A stretch of DNA of 63,829 nt, the filler included. It is 10 parts of 10 records of this genome, joined end to end, with 100 filler letters (N's around TTAATTAATTAA, not from the genome) between each part and the next. Parts side by side here need not be neighbours in the genome. Positions count along the whole stretch, not along the records: positions 47,000 to 52,831 come from SRR31156797_41060; positions 52,932 to 58,404 come from SRR31156797_41070; positions 58,505 to 63,829 come from SRR31156797_41381; 7 more parts are not named here. One strand, given 5' to 3'. Positions 49,928 through 58,972 of the stretch are shown piece by piece. Position 1 is the stretch's first letter; each line of letters opens with the position of its first letter. The notes below the pieces were generated by a model that was not told the DNA's origin, made no database searches, and saw only the letters and a program-made list of their open reading frames with translations. The translations under genes and the position numbers were made by a program.

Positions 49928-50003
49928 GTGTAATTACGAAAACTCGGTAAGGCGCTTGGAAAAGTGGTGATTTCGGGGTGCCTAAACTAACAAAGGAGCA
50001 TTT

Positions 50004-50489
50004 ATGGACTTGATTCCGTTTGAGTTTGAGTCTCGACAAGTTCGGGCGTTAACAGGCGGCGATGGAGAATCCTGGTTTATGGCAACCGATGTGTGCAAAG
50101 CCCTGAGCATAAAAAACATAGCCCAAGAAATGGCCGAATTGGAGGAAGATGAACTCTCTACGCTTGACATGTTTGGTCGGGGTAAAGTCGATATTGTAAA
50201 TGAACTCGGCCTTTATTCCCTAATCCTAAGTTCCTGTGAACCAAAAGCAAAAAAGTTCATTCATTGGATCGTCCACGAAGTGGTTCCGTCTGTGTGTAAG
50301 ACCGGCGGATACGGGATCCTCGCGGCGGACATGTCCGAAACCCACCGGCGCGATATCGCGCAAACTCTCCGGGCCATGACAAGAGCTAAAGACCCGCTTC
50401 ACATTGCACAGTTGGCTGAGGCTCTTTACTGGCTGACAGGGCGGCGGTTTACCCATCTTCTCCCAGGCAAGATCAAGGAGCAATCATGA
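50004..50489 (+). CDS. BRO-N domain antirepressor-like protein
   Basis: WFMATDVCKAL, VNELGLYSLI and AKKFIHWIVHEVVPS motifs. Confidence 0.85.
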   Translation: MDLIPFEFESRQVRALTGGDGESWFMATDVCKALSIKNIAQEMAELEEDELSTLDMFGRGKVDIVNELGLYSLILSSCEPKAKKFIHWIVHEVVPSVCKTGGYGILAADMSETHRRDIAQTLRAMTRAKDPLHIAQLAEALYWLTGRRFTHLLPGKIKEQS

Positions 50490-50605
50490 TCACAGCAAAA
50501 TACGAACATGGCAAGTGGCATGTCCGGGCACCCGGTTTGTTGGTCGTAAGTTCGCACCTGGGCAGGGCGCTCCGGTATGCGTTTGAGAAGGTGCTGGAAT
50601 GGTGA
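50486..50605 (+). CDS. small phage protein (39 aa)
   Basis: AAGGAG RBS; ATGA overlap with the BRO stop; MITAKYEHGKWHVRAPG...; below the ORF-track cutoff. Confidence 0.55.
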   Translation: MITAKYEHGKWHVRAPGLLVVSSHLGRALRYAFEKVLEW

Positions 50606-50865
50606 CGGAAAAAGATATCGACCAGGTCGAGGCCTGGCTGAGGCTGAGCCATAAGGAAAAGGATAACCAGTGCCCGTTTTACTGCGCCCAGGCCTGCCGC
50701 AACGATGGTGAGCGCTCTCCGGCCTGTGAGGCGATATTTCCGAACCTTCCTTTATGGGATGACGGATCGCCGTTCGAATGTCCGTGCGCTAAATGGGGCG
50801 TCGACGCGGTCGTGTTTACGGCATCCATATTCCTACAGAAACGGGAATCCTCGAATGACAAGTGA
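50599..50865 (+). CDS. Cys-rich hypothetical phage protein
   Basis: Six Cys (CPFYCAQAC...C...CPC); overlaps both neighbours. Confidence 0.6.
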   Translation: MVTEKDIDQVEAWLRLSHKEKDNQCPFYCAQACRNDGERSPACEAIFPNLPLWDDGSPFECPCAKWGVDAVVFTASIFLQKRESSNDK

Positions 50866-51130
50866 AAGCTACATGCGGATCGCCCGACTTCTTCGGCATA
50901 TGGAGCGCATTTATGCGGTTCCAGAATCAGAGGTTCGGGATTGTCCGAAGTGCGAACATCTTCAGACGTGTTGGAAGCGCGTATGTCTGCTGGACCCCGA
51001 GATTCCAAATTCAATGATGCCGGAGTTTCGCTATCCCGGTTACGAAGAAGAGCCCAAAGAAGCCGAGGACGAACGGCGGGCGCTTAGCTGGCTTTTCAGG
51101 GACGTCTGTCCGTTCGTGGAAAGAAGTTGA
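50855..51130 (+). CDS. hypothetical phage protein with a CxxCxxxxxC motif
   Basis: Probable start MTSESY overlapping the previous gene; CPKCEHLQTC. Confidence 0.55.
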   Translation: MTSESYMRIARLLRHMERIYAVPESEVRDCPKCEHLQTCWKRVCLLDPEIPNSMMPEFRYPGYEEEPKEAEDERRALSWLFRDVCPFVERS

Positions 51131-51139
51131 GGAGGGGAG

Positions 51140-51355
51140 ATGACCTACGTTTCGATGAAACAAATCTCCGATTTTACAGGAGCTAAAAGCCTACAGGTTA
51201 AACCTTTCGCCTGGGCGCTTCGGGCCTTGGGCGATGAGGTCGGCCCCAAGACCCTGGCGAAAGGCTTGCGATCAATGGCCACGGTCTTGGAACAGAAGGA
51301 GGCGCATAAAACATGCTTACCGAACAACAATATCAAGAACGGCAATCGGGTATAG
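51140..51355 (+). CDS. hypothetical phage protein
   Basis: GAGGAGG RBS; same strand and operon. Confidence 0.55.
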   Translation: MTYVSMKQISDFTGAKSLQVKPFAWALRALGDEVGPKTLAKGLRSMATVLEQKEAHKTCLPNNNIKNGNRV

Positions 51356-52197
51356 GCGGCAGTGACGCGGCGGTCGTCTGCGGTTTAAGCCCGTGGAAAA
51401 CGCCCTTGGAATTATATCTTGAGAAACGTGGCGAAATCCCGAGAAACGACCGCGAGACAGAGGCCATGAAATGGGGAACCATTTTAGAGAGCGTGGTCGC
51501 CAAGGAGTTTTCCGAGAGGCACGGCCTTAAAGTCAGGCAGACACGGACCCGCTGGTCAAAGGTCCATCCATTCATGTGTGTGAACATGGATAGGGCCATT
51601 GATAAAACAGATGAGCATGGAACGGGCTACCTCGAATGCAAAACAAGCAACGCTTTTAAGGCCTCCGATTGGGGCAAAGATCCATCCGGGCCCGTACCTG
51701 ATTATTACTACATCCAGTTGCAGCATGGTCTTGCTGTAACTGGTTATTCCTGGGGCGCCCTCGCGGTCCTGATCGGGGGCAATACCTACCGCGACTATTT
51801 TTTCGAACGCGACAACATATTGATATCCAACCTGATCCAGATCGAGCGCAATTTTTGGGTTAACCACGTTGACGCCGGCATCCCGCCCGAGCCGGATTTC
51901 GATCACAAAACAACCTCAGCTTTACTTGATGTTCTATACCCTTCACCCGATGGGATTATCGATCTTCCGCCTGGAGTCGCCCAGTGGGCGGCAGTGGAAC
52001 AGTCCGCGGCGGAACAAATCAAGATGTATGCGGCAGTCCGAGAAGGGGCGCAAAACCACATTAAAGACATTATGGGCGACGCCGGAGTCGGTAGGCTTCC
52101 GGGCGGCGGCGGCTACGTGCGCAAAAAAGTCAAACGGAAAGGTTACGTCGTAGAGAACACAGAGTATCTCGACTTTAGATTCAAGAAAAAACTTTAA
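51313..52197 (+). CDS. YqaJ-like viral exonuclease
   Basis: GIGGSD, SPWKTPLELY, NMDR, LECKT and YYIQLQH motifs. Confidence 0.92.
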   Translation: MLTEQQYQERQSGIGGSDAAVVCGLSPWKTPLELYLEKRGEIPRNDRETEAMKWGTILESVVAKEFSERHGLKVRQTRTRWSKVHPFMCVNMDRAIDKTDEHGTGYLECKTSNAFKASDWGKDPSGPVPDYYYIQLQHGLAVTGYSWGALAVLIGGNTYRDYFFERDNILISNLIQIERNFWVNHVDAGIPPEPDFDHKTTSALLDVLYPSPDGIIDLPPGVAQWAAVEQSAAEQIKMYAAVREGAQNHIKDIMGDAGVGRLPGGGGYVRKKVKRKGYVVENTEYLDFRFKKKL

Positions 52198-52208
52198 AGG
52201 GGGAATAA

Positions 52209-52831
52209 ATGACTGACGAATTGGAATTGAGACGCAAAGAAAACGTTACCACGATCCGGGATTATCTCCGGCGTAGCGAGAGGGAGATCGCCTCCGCCCT
52301 GCCGAAACATGTCACGGCTGACCGTATGATGCGTGTGGCCATGACCGCCATCCAGAGAAACCCGAATTTACAGGAATGCAATGCAACAAGTCTGATCGCC
52401 GCTATTATCGAAGCCTCACAACTCGGGCTTGTTCCCGACGGCGTCCTGGGCCATGCCTATCTTGTTCCTTTCAATACCAAGAAATATGGCAAGGTCGCAC
52501 AGCTAATACCTGGATACAGGGGGCTTATCGATCTGGCCCGGCGGTCGGGCGAACTGCAGTCTATATCCGCCCACGTGGTCTATACGGCAGACGAGTTCGA
52601 GTTCGAGTTCGGCCTCGAAGAAAAGCTTCGCCATCGCCCGTTTATGGGCGTGGGTGAGCGCGGCCCTGCATTATGCGCCTATGCCGTCGCCCATCTCCGG
52701 GACGGCGGCAACGCTTTTGATGTAATGGGCGTCGGCGAAATAGAGGCTGTGCGCCAGACCTCAAGGGCGGCGAACGATGGTCCATGGGTTGACCATTGGG
52801 GCGAGATGGCCCGTAAAACTCTTGTTAAACG
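52209..52831 (+). CDS. recT: RecT single-strand annealing protein, 3'-truncated
   Basis: LGLVPD..GHAYLVPF, GYRGLIDLARRSG and GPW....EMARKT motifs. Confidence 0.93.
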
Positions 52832-52931
52832 NNNNNNNNNNNNNNNNNNNNNNNNNNNNNNNNNNNNNNNNNNNNTTAATTAATTAANNNNNNNNNNNNN
52901 NNNNNNNNNNNNNNNNNNNNNNNNNNNNNNN
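52832..52931. other. artificial contig linker
   Basis: 44 N + TTAATTAATTAA + 44 N. Confidence 0.99.
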
Positions 52932-53083
52932 GTTTTTCCCAGAGGTTGTAAGGTTATGTTGACATTGTTTTTTGTGGTCATTTTAATATTCGTGTTGAAC
53001 CATTACGGCAACCAAAGTAATTAATTCAACCCAGTTGTGTAGTTTTTCGCCGTAAATTTTGAGTTTGGTTGTTTTTTTAGATC

Positions 53084-54346
53084 TCAAATGTCAAGATGGA
53101 ACCAGTTGTTGTTACCTTTTAAATAGGTAAAGTGAATACTGGCTTTTAACCAGGGAATCATTGGTATCCAAAATTTAAGTTCGGTCCCAAACGAAATTCT
53201 GGGTTTCCGTTGGTATAGTTTAAAATATTTATCATGGGCCATTCCCATGTGCGAATAAACAGAATGTTCGAATGCAAACCAATTAAAATAGAGATAAGTG
53301 AAACTGGCATTGATTTTTGCGTTGTAGTTGGCTTGTCCAGATTCCTGTCCATTAACGATACCTTTAACATCTCCGGAATTCATATAATGTTTAAGAGAAG
53401 GAAGTGTTGACGTTGTATAACCAGTTGCGAAAGATCCCGAAAGTTCAACTGTTTTATTAAAGGTTTTATAGTATGAAGTACCCAAACCTAAAGTTTGATA
53501 GATTGTACTGTTTTTATCAAGTCCGATTCCGATTCCATATCTTCCCCAAATGGAGTATCCATCTCTTTGGTGCCTGATCCGGTTGATTAGTCCAAACGAT
53601 TCACTAATGGAAAGCAATAAATAATTTACCTTATAATCTTTTACAAACGGAACGTTCGTGTCAACTAAGGTAGTATCAGTTTTATGTTGAAATAAATCCC
53701 AACTCAAATTTGGTGAGAAGGTATATTCATAATCGGTATGCCAGGGATTTCCTAAGCTTCCGGAGAATTGTTTTCTACGATAAGCAACTATTGCCACTTT
53801 CTCATTGTTCTCGTATTTGAAACTATTGCCCGAACCACTTGATAAACCAAAAGAAATATACATGTTTTTGTACAAGAGCTGTCGAGGGATGCCAAAGGCA
53901 ATTTTGTATGTATTGTTGTAGGTACCGATTGTCCCGTTAAGGCTCAAATCGATGTTTCGCCCCAAAAAATTATCATCGGAGAAACCCATAGAAAGGCTTT
54001 TATCATCTTTATTGCCGCTTATTGTAACATATGGAACCAGGTTAAAAGCATCCTTTGCATTTAAGTTCATTACATATCCATCAGGAGAGACAGAATCTAG
54101 CGAGTAGCTTACATGGGCAAAATTTCCGATATTCCACAACTGGTTAATCGATTTATTCAAAGTCTCACTGTTAACCTGATCGCCTGGTTTAAAATTTAAT
54201 TCGGCTAAAATTATTTTATCTTTTGTGCGCCAGTTTTTATGAATGATGATTGAATCAATTTTCCATTCGTCAACAGCGTTTTGAGTCTGCGATTTTGCTG
54301 ATAATACAGAAATAACCAGTATAATAATCGTAATAATTGTTTTCAT
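53084..54346 (-). CDS. POTRA-domain outer-membrane beta-barrel (Omp85-like) protein
   Basis: Signal peptide; RTKDKIILAEL...LWNIGNF POTRA-like segment; DDNFLGRN barrel start. Confidence 0.65.
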   Translation of the reverse strand: MKTIITIIILVISVLSAKSQTQNAVDEWKIDSIIIHKNWRTKDKIILAELNFKPGDQVNSETLNKSINQLWNIGNFAHVSYSLDSVSPDGYVMNLNAKDAFNLVPYVTISGNKDDKSLSMGFSDDNFLGRNIDLSLNGTIGTYNNTYKIAFGIPRQLLYKNMYISFGLSSGSGNSFKYENNEKVAIVAYRRKQFSGSLGNPWHTDYEYTFSPNLSWDLFQHKTDTTLVDTNVPFVKDYKVNYLLLSISESFGLINRIRHQRDGYSIWGRYGIGIGLDKNSTIYQTLGLGTSYYKTFNKTVELSGSFATGYTTSTLPSLKHYMNSGDVKGIVNGQESGQANYNAKINASFTYLYFNWFAFEHSVYSHMGMAHDKYFKLYQRKPRISFGTELKFWIPMIPWLKASIHFTYLKGNNNWFHLDI

Positions 54347-54569
54347 CTGAACCAAAAATAGACTTCAAAACTTCGATTGAAGCATGTAATTTGGAGATTG
54401 GGTTTAATTGGCTTTATTCGTGCTTAATGTGAGATGCCAGGGATAAAATAACTATAGTTGGGATAAAATAATTCATTTTTCCAACCGAACTTTCGTTTTG
54501 TTGCAAAAATAGTTTATCCTGCAAGCAACTGTTTATGTTTTTTTTACGTCTGAATAAAAAAAAGAAGCC

Positions 54570-54947
54570 ATGCGTAAATACTTTCTTTACATTTCTATAG
54601 TGGTGGTTCTCCTGTTGGTCTTTTCATGCCGCGATGAGGAGGAAAAGGTGTGGGGGACAGTTGTTTTTGGAGCTAATTACCATGTAATTGATTGTATTAC
54701 CTATGTAGATATTTATGTTGAAGGGAAGCATAGGGGGCAATTGGAAACCTGGAGCGACTCTGTTCCCAATTGTAATATAAACAATGGACTGAAGCTTGAA
54801 CTGGAAGTGGGGAAGCATGAATACAAGGCGGAAATAAGACCGGATTCAGGTACTGGTTGTATTGCCGATATTTCCGGTGAATTGAATATTACGAAAGATG
54901 GTTGTGAAACCGTTTTTATTGATTATTATCAGGTGGAATGGAATTAA
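54570..54947 (+). CDS. hypothetical lipoprotein
   Basis: Lipobox VFSC followed by an acidic stretch; four further Cys. Confidence 0.7.
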   Translation: MRKYFLYISIVVVLLLVFSCRDEEEKVWGTVVFGANYHVIDCITYVDIYVEGKHRGQLETWSDSVPNCNINNGLKLELEVGKHEYKAEIRPDSGTGCIADISGELNITKDGCETVFIDYYQVEWN

Positions 54948-55366
54948 CCAGAAATAAAATATTAGTCTTTATACTAATTCTAATCGTATTTTGTGCTTGC
55001 CAAAACGATGAATGCTGTTGTCCGGGAGGTTTGACCGGAAAATGGGAAGCAGTACAATTTGTATCGGTTGAAGATGCTGATTATCCCAAACTGAATGATT
55101 ATAATCCTACAATTACCTTTAAAACAGATGGAAGCCTTGAAATTCAGCTGGATGTAAATGCCTGTTTTGGTACTTATCAGACCGGTTCTGAAAATATTAT
55201 TCAGGTTTCTGAAGTTGGGTGTACAGAAGCATGCTGCGATAGCAATTTTTCTCAAAAGTTTACAGAGATGCTTCCATTAGTGGGTTCTTATGGAATTGAA
55301 GGAAATGTGTTAAAACTTTATGTTTCAGCCTGGGGGTGGATCGAATTGCATTATTTGTCAGAGTAA
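54938..55366 (+). CDS. META-domain lipoprotein
   Basis: Lipobox; LTGKW, VNACFGTY, CTEACC and SYGIEGNVLKL motifs. Confidence 0.75.
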   Translation: MELTRNKILVFILILIVFCACQNDECCCPGGLTGKWEAVQFVSVEDADYPKLNDYNPTITFKTDGSLEIQLDVNACFGTYQTGSENIIQVSEVGCTEACCDSNFSQKFTEMLPLVGSYGIEGNVLKLYVSAWGWIELHYLSE

Positions 55367-56194
55367 TTCGGATAATGTGAACTTTGCATTTAAAGCATAT
55401 CCCTTTTCTGTTGCTTCCACGGTGGCGCACTCGGTATAATAATCATGCTCAAAAAACAACACATAATTTTTGTCCGTCACTTCTTTCAAAAATTTGCTTT
55501 TTTCGTCCATAGCTTTTACCGGATCGAGGTCGTATGCAGGTATCCAAAGTACAGGTACATTTGCCGAAGTGCAGAAAAGATCGGAGGTATATACAAACGT
55601 TTTTTTATCGGTATGAATTAATGGGATCATTTGTCCGGGTGTATGCCCGTCAAACATTCGAACTTCGAAATTGGGGAATAATTCACACTCTTTTTCTACC
55701 AGCTTTAGTTGGCCGGTATCATGCATAAAATCCAAAACATCACGATGGAATGCCGCTCTTTCTCGTGGATTCGATATTTTAGCATGTTCCCACTGACGTT
55801 TACTACTCCATAAGTTTGCGTTTGGAAAAACCAATTCCAGTTTACCACCTGCACTTTTTACCGCACCCGTGCAATGATCCCAATGCAGGTGAGTAAAAAA
55901 CACATCGGTTATATCGTTGGTTGAGTAACCTTGTTCCTTAAGCGATTGTTCCAATTCGACCACTGAACTTACACCATTGTTTTGTAAATATTTTTCAGGA
56001 TAATGGTTGCCAATCCCGGTTTCAATCAGGATCTTCTGATCACCGTTGTCAACCAACAAACAACGCAGGGTAAGTTGAGTAAAATTTTGCTCATTACAAG
56101 GGTAAACCTTATTCCATAAAACTTTAGGAATGACACCAAATAGAGCACCTCCATCACAATGAAAGTGACCTGCTGAAACCGGAACCAACTTCAT
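55358..56194 (-). CDS. MBL-fold metallo-hydrolase
   Basis: DGGALFG, THLHWDH, GHTPG and FEHD motifs. Confidence 0.9.
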   Translation of the reverse strand: MKLVPVSAGHFHCDGGALFGVIPKVLWNKVYPCNEQNFTQLTLRCLLVDNGDQKILIETGIGNHYPEKYLQNNGVSSVVELEQSLKEQGYSTNDITDVFFTHLHWDHCTGAVKSAGGKLELVFPNANLWSSKRQWEHAKISNPRERAAFHRDVLDFMHDTGQLKLVEKECELFPNFEVRMFDGHTPGQMIPLIHTDKKTFVYTSDLFCTSANVPVLWIPAYDLDPVKAMDEKSKFLKEVTDKNYVLFFEHDYYTECATVEATEKGYALNAKFTLSELL

Positions 56195-56227
56195 ACTAAA
56201 AATTATTTTGGGCGAAAATAAAGGTTT

Positions 56228-57304
56228 TTAATCGAGTACAAGATGATAACGTTGCTGAAAAGCCGAATCTAACGAAAAGTTCATAACATGTTCAACTACC
56301 CCTGTGTAATCCTTTATTCCAGCTTTAATGTTATTGGTTTTCAGGTAAGCATCGTTAACCTTCGAAGCAGTTTTGTCAAATGTTTCGTTTCTGAGTTTTT
56401 TCCAGTGTTGTCTGACGTTCTCAAAATCGTTCTTAACCTCTGGTGAAATCCTTTCAATCAACAACTTGTATTCCTTGAGCCGATACGCCTGTTTAAGAAA
56501 ATGAAAAAGAATAAACAATTTTCCTGAATATTGAATTTGAGGAGAGTCGCTCTGGGAACAAATCAGCCAGGCATAAAAATTCGCTTCGGCTTCACTTGTT
56601 ATTCCCATTTGGTGGGCTTTTTCATGTGCCAAAACAAAAGGGTATTCTATTGGCAGTACCTTTTTATTGACATGGACTTCGTTAAAAAAAGGGCCAAAAT
56701 AACCGGTAATACCTGTTTTAGCATAAAAACTGCTAAAAGTAATTTTCTTGTCAGGGCGTTTACCCATTGGATAGTTGATTTTTAAAAGAGGTGCCAGCTT
56801 TTTATATGTATTTTCAATTTCGTGTTCGGTTTTCTTTTTGTCAATAGAATCAAACGAGCATTGCTTTGTATTTACCTCATCGATATAATTTTGTAGGAAA
56901 GCTATAAATTCTGTTTGATCAGGCGATCTGTCAATAACATTTAAACGTTGGGTAAGTGGTTGGCGAAAATAATTAATGCCCCATAGTAAATAGAAAAGAA
57001 GGTATACTGCCGAAAAAGTATTGAGAAGAATTTTTCCGGCACGCTTAATTTTTATCTTTTTAAAGAGAAGAAGAATGATAATGATAAGCGGAAAAAAAAT
57101 CAGTAGAAGGTAACAAATATCATCAATAGAAAATGGTGCCAGGGAGCTAAGCCATGAAAGTGTTGAGGCGATTGACGGATAAATACCTTGAGAATAATAT
57201 GTTTCAACCCAGTCGGGTTTGTCTCTTAAAATCCGGGTAAAAAAGAAACATCCAATAGCAAGTATCGGAAATGTTAACCATTTGTATTTTCTCATTTTAT
57301 TCAA
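56228..57304 (-). CDS. DUF3810 putative zincin membrane protein
   Basis: VETYYSQG, WGINYFR and AHEKAHQMG...EAEANF motifs. Confidence 0.85.
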   Translation of the reverse strand: MNKMRKYKWLTFPILAIGCFFFTRILRDKPDWVETYYSQGIYPSIASTLSWLSSLAPFSIDDICYLLLIFFPLIIIILLLFKKIKIKRAGKILLNTFSAVYLLFYLLWGINYFRQPLTQRLNVIDRSPDQTEFIAFLQNYIDEVNTKQCSFDSIDKKKTEHEIENTYKKLAPLLKINYPMGKRPDKKITFSSFYAKTGITGYFGPFFNEVHVNKKVLPIEYPFVLAHEKAHQMGITSEAEANFYAWLICSQSDSPQIQYSGKLFILFHFLKQAYRLKEYKLLIERISPEVKNDFENVRQHWKKLRNETFDKTASKVNDAYLKTNNIKAGIKDYTGVVEHVMNFSLDSAFQQRYHLVLD

Positions 57305-57565
57305 TACCTAATTTTCCACAAATATACCCACCGATTATGAAACGAGCATAACAAAGTTTATTGCACCTAAAAGAATATTAAATTTTAAGAATTGCTTGTT
57401 TACTCATTGACAGGCATCTTCTATCCTGAAGAACAAATAATTTCAAAAAATGAAAAGTCGTAAGTTTATTTAATGTAATCAAATTCATTCTTTTTGTTCT
57501 AAATTGAATTAGCATAAAAAACATTTGTTAATATTGTTGGGCATTTTAAATCAAAATAATTAAAA

Positions 57566-58404
57566 ATGAGAAATATATTTTCTTTTTTGTTAATAGTTGG
57601 GGGGCTGTTAACAGTTAATTGTGTTATGGGAAAGGGTAAAGATGATAAAGTTAAAGCGGTTCATAAACGTGCAATAACCGTAGATACGCATTGTGATACA
57701 CCAATGGCCTTACTGGAAGGTAAGCTCGACATTGGAAAAAGAAATAAAGCACCGCAAAGCCGGGTTGATTTTCCAAGAATGGAAGAAGGTGGTTTGGATG
57801 CGATATTTTTTGCTGCATTTACAAGTCAGCGCGAACGTACAAAAGAAAATACTGAAAAAGCCTACCAGCTGGCGAACCAGATGATTGATTCAACTTATTC
57901 GGTATGCGAAAAATATGCTGAAATGGCAGAGGTGGCAACTAAACCAGAAGATGTAACTCGCCTGGAAAAACAAGGGAAGCGTGCCATCTATATCGGAATG
58001 GAAAACGGCTTCCCGATTGGAACGGATTTAAATAGGGTGGAGGAGTTCTATAAACGAGGTGTACGCTATATTACACTTTGCCATTCTTCAAATAATGATA
58101 TTTGCGATTCATCAACTGATAAAAAAGGTCAGGAACATAATGGATTAAGTGATTTTGGGAATAAAGTTGTTAAAGAAATGAACCGTTTGGGGATGTTGAT
58201 TGACGTATCACATATTTCTGACAAATCGTTTTTTGATGTAATTGAGTTAAGTGAAACTCCGGTGTTTGCATCACATTCAAGTGTTAGGTCAATTGCTCAT
58301 CATAATAGGAACATGAGCGACGAGATGATAAAAGCCCTGGCTAAAAACGGTGGAGTTATTCAGATTTGTTTACTCGACGATTATATAAAAGATCCGGATA
58401 CAAC
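57566..58404 (+). CDS. membrane dipeptidase (peptidase M19), 3'-truncated
   Basis: DTHCD, GMENG, ITLCH, IDVSH and ASHSS motifs. Confidence 0.92.
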
Positions 58405-58504
58405 NNNNNNNNNNNNNNNNNNNNNNNNNNNNNNNNNNNNNNNNNNNNTTAATTAATTAANNNNNNNNNNNNNNNNNNNNNNNNNNNNNNNNNNNNNNNN
58501 NNNN
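58405..58504. other. artificial contig linker
   Basis: 44 N + TTAATTAATTAA + 44 N. Confidence 0.99.
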
Positions 58505-58579
58505 AAGTACCTGAATACTATCCGCTGAATAGTTTCCATTACTTTCGTTTTGGATTTCATTTTGTTCAATTTCGCTCAT
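58505..58579 (-). CDS. gyrB: DNA gyrase subunit B, N-terminal fragment
   Basis: Reads MSEIEQNEIQNESNGNYSADSIQVL; YSADSIQVL is the conserved GyrB start; not in the ORF track. Confidence 0.8.
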
Positions 58580-58710
58580 CTCTGTCTCTTAAAATTAATT
58601 CCTTTAAAATAAAATAGTTTCCCCCGTAAAAAAGCTGTAAAAACTTCTCGAAGAAAACTAGTTGATTTTCAAGTTCTTATGTTGCTTTAAAAATGATCTG
58701 ATAATCACTT

Positions 58711-58720
58711 TGCAAATATA
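58711..58720 (-). promoter_or_regulatory. Bacteroidota -7 promoter element upstream of gyrB
   Basis: TATATTTGCA matches the TAnnTTTG consensus. Confidence 0.5.
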
Positions 58721-58914
58721 GTAAAAATAGGCAGAATACAGTGGATTTGGAATTGTTAAAAGACCTTATTTTTCAACAAGATATTAACCTCATAATGAGT
58801 GAAAAGAAGAGTGATTTTTTTATTCATAAATTCCTGAAAATACACCCATTTTTTTTGGTGTTGAAAAGTAAAGAAGACCTGATTGAAGTTCTGTGTAATT
58901 TGTGTGTTTTTTTT

Positions 58915-58946
58915 GAAAGAAAAGGAAGGTGAAGGCCTTCCTTTTC
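58915..58946 (-). terminator. intrinsic terminator
   Basis: 11-bp stem gaaaaggaagg/ccttccttttc just downstream of the OMP gene stop. Confidence 0.65.
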
Positions 58947-58972
58947 CCGAATTGATTGATTATGACCAACGA

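Larger units (their letters stand above)
47000..52831. mobile_element. temperate prophage, left end (att-int-immunity-recombination module)
   Basis: att fragment, integrase, divergent cI/cro, BRO, YqaJ and RecT in lambdoid order. Confidence 0.9.

Noticed and set aside
48360-49970. The 28-bp repeat as nutL/nutR antitermination sites or as attL/attR
   Set aside because: nut sites would be in sense orientation in each divergent transcript, whereas these copies share a DNA strand. They flank only the immunity genes, and the att candidate lies at the other end of int.
52932-52981. Minus-strand gene start MTTKNNVNITLQPLGK resembling a 2Fe-2S ferredoxin domain
   Set aside because: Only 16 codons before the linker, too short to call.
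5650-58504. Nine regularly recurring TTAATTAATTAA motifs flanked by N runs
   Set aside because: Identical 100-bp artificial linkers with stops in all frames. They are not biological repeats, and genes on either side are not neighbours.
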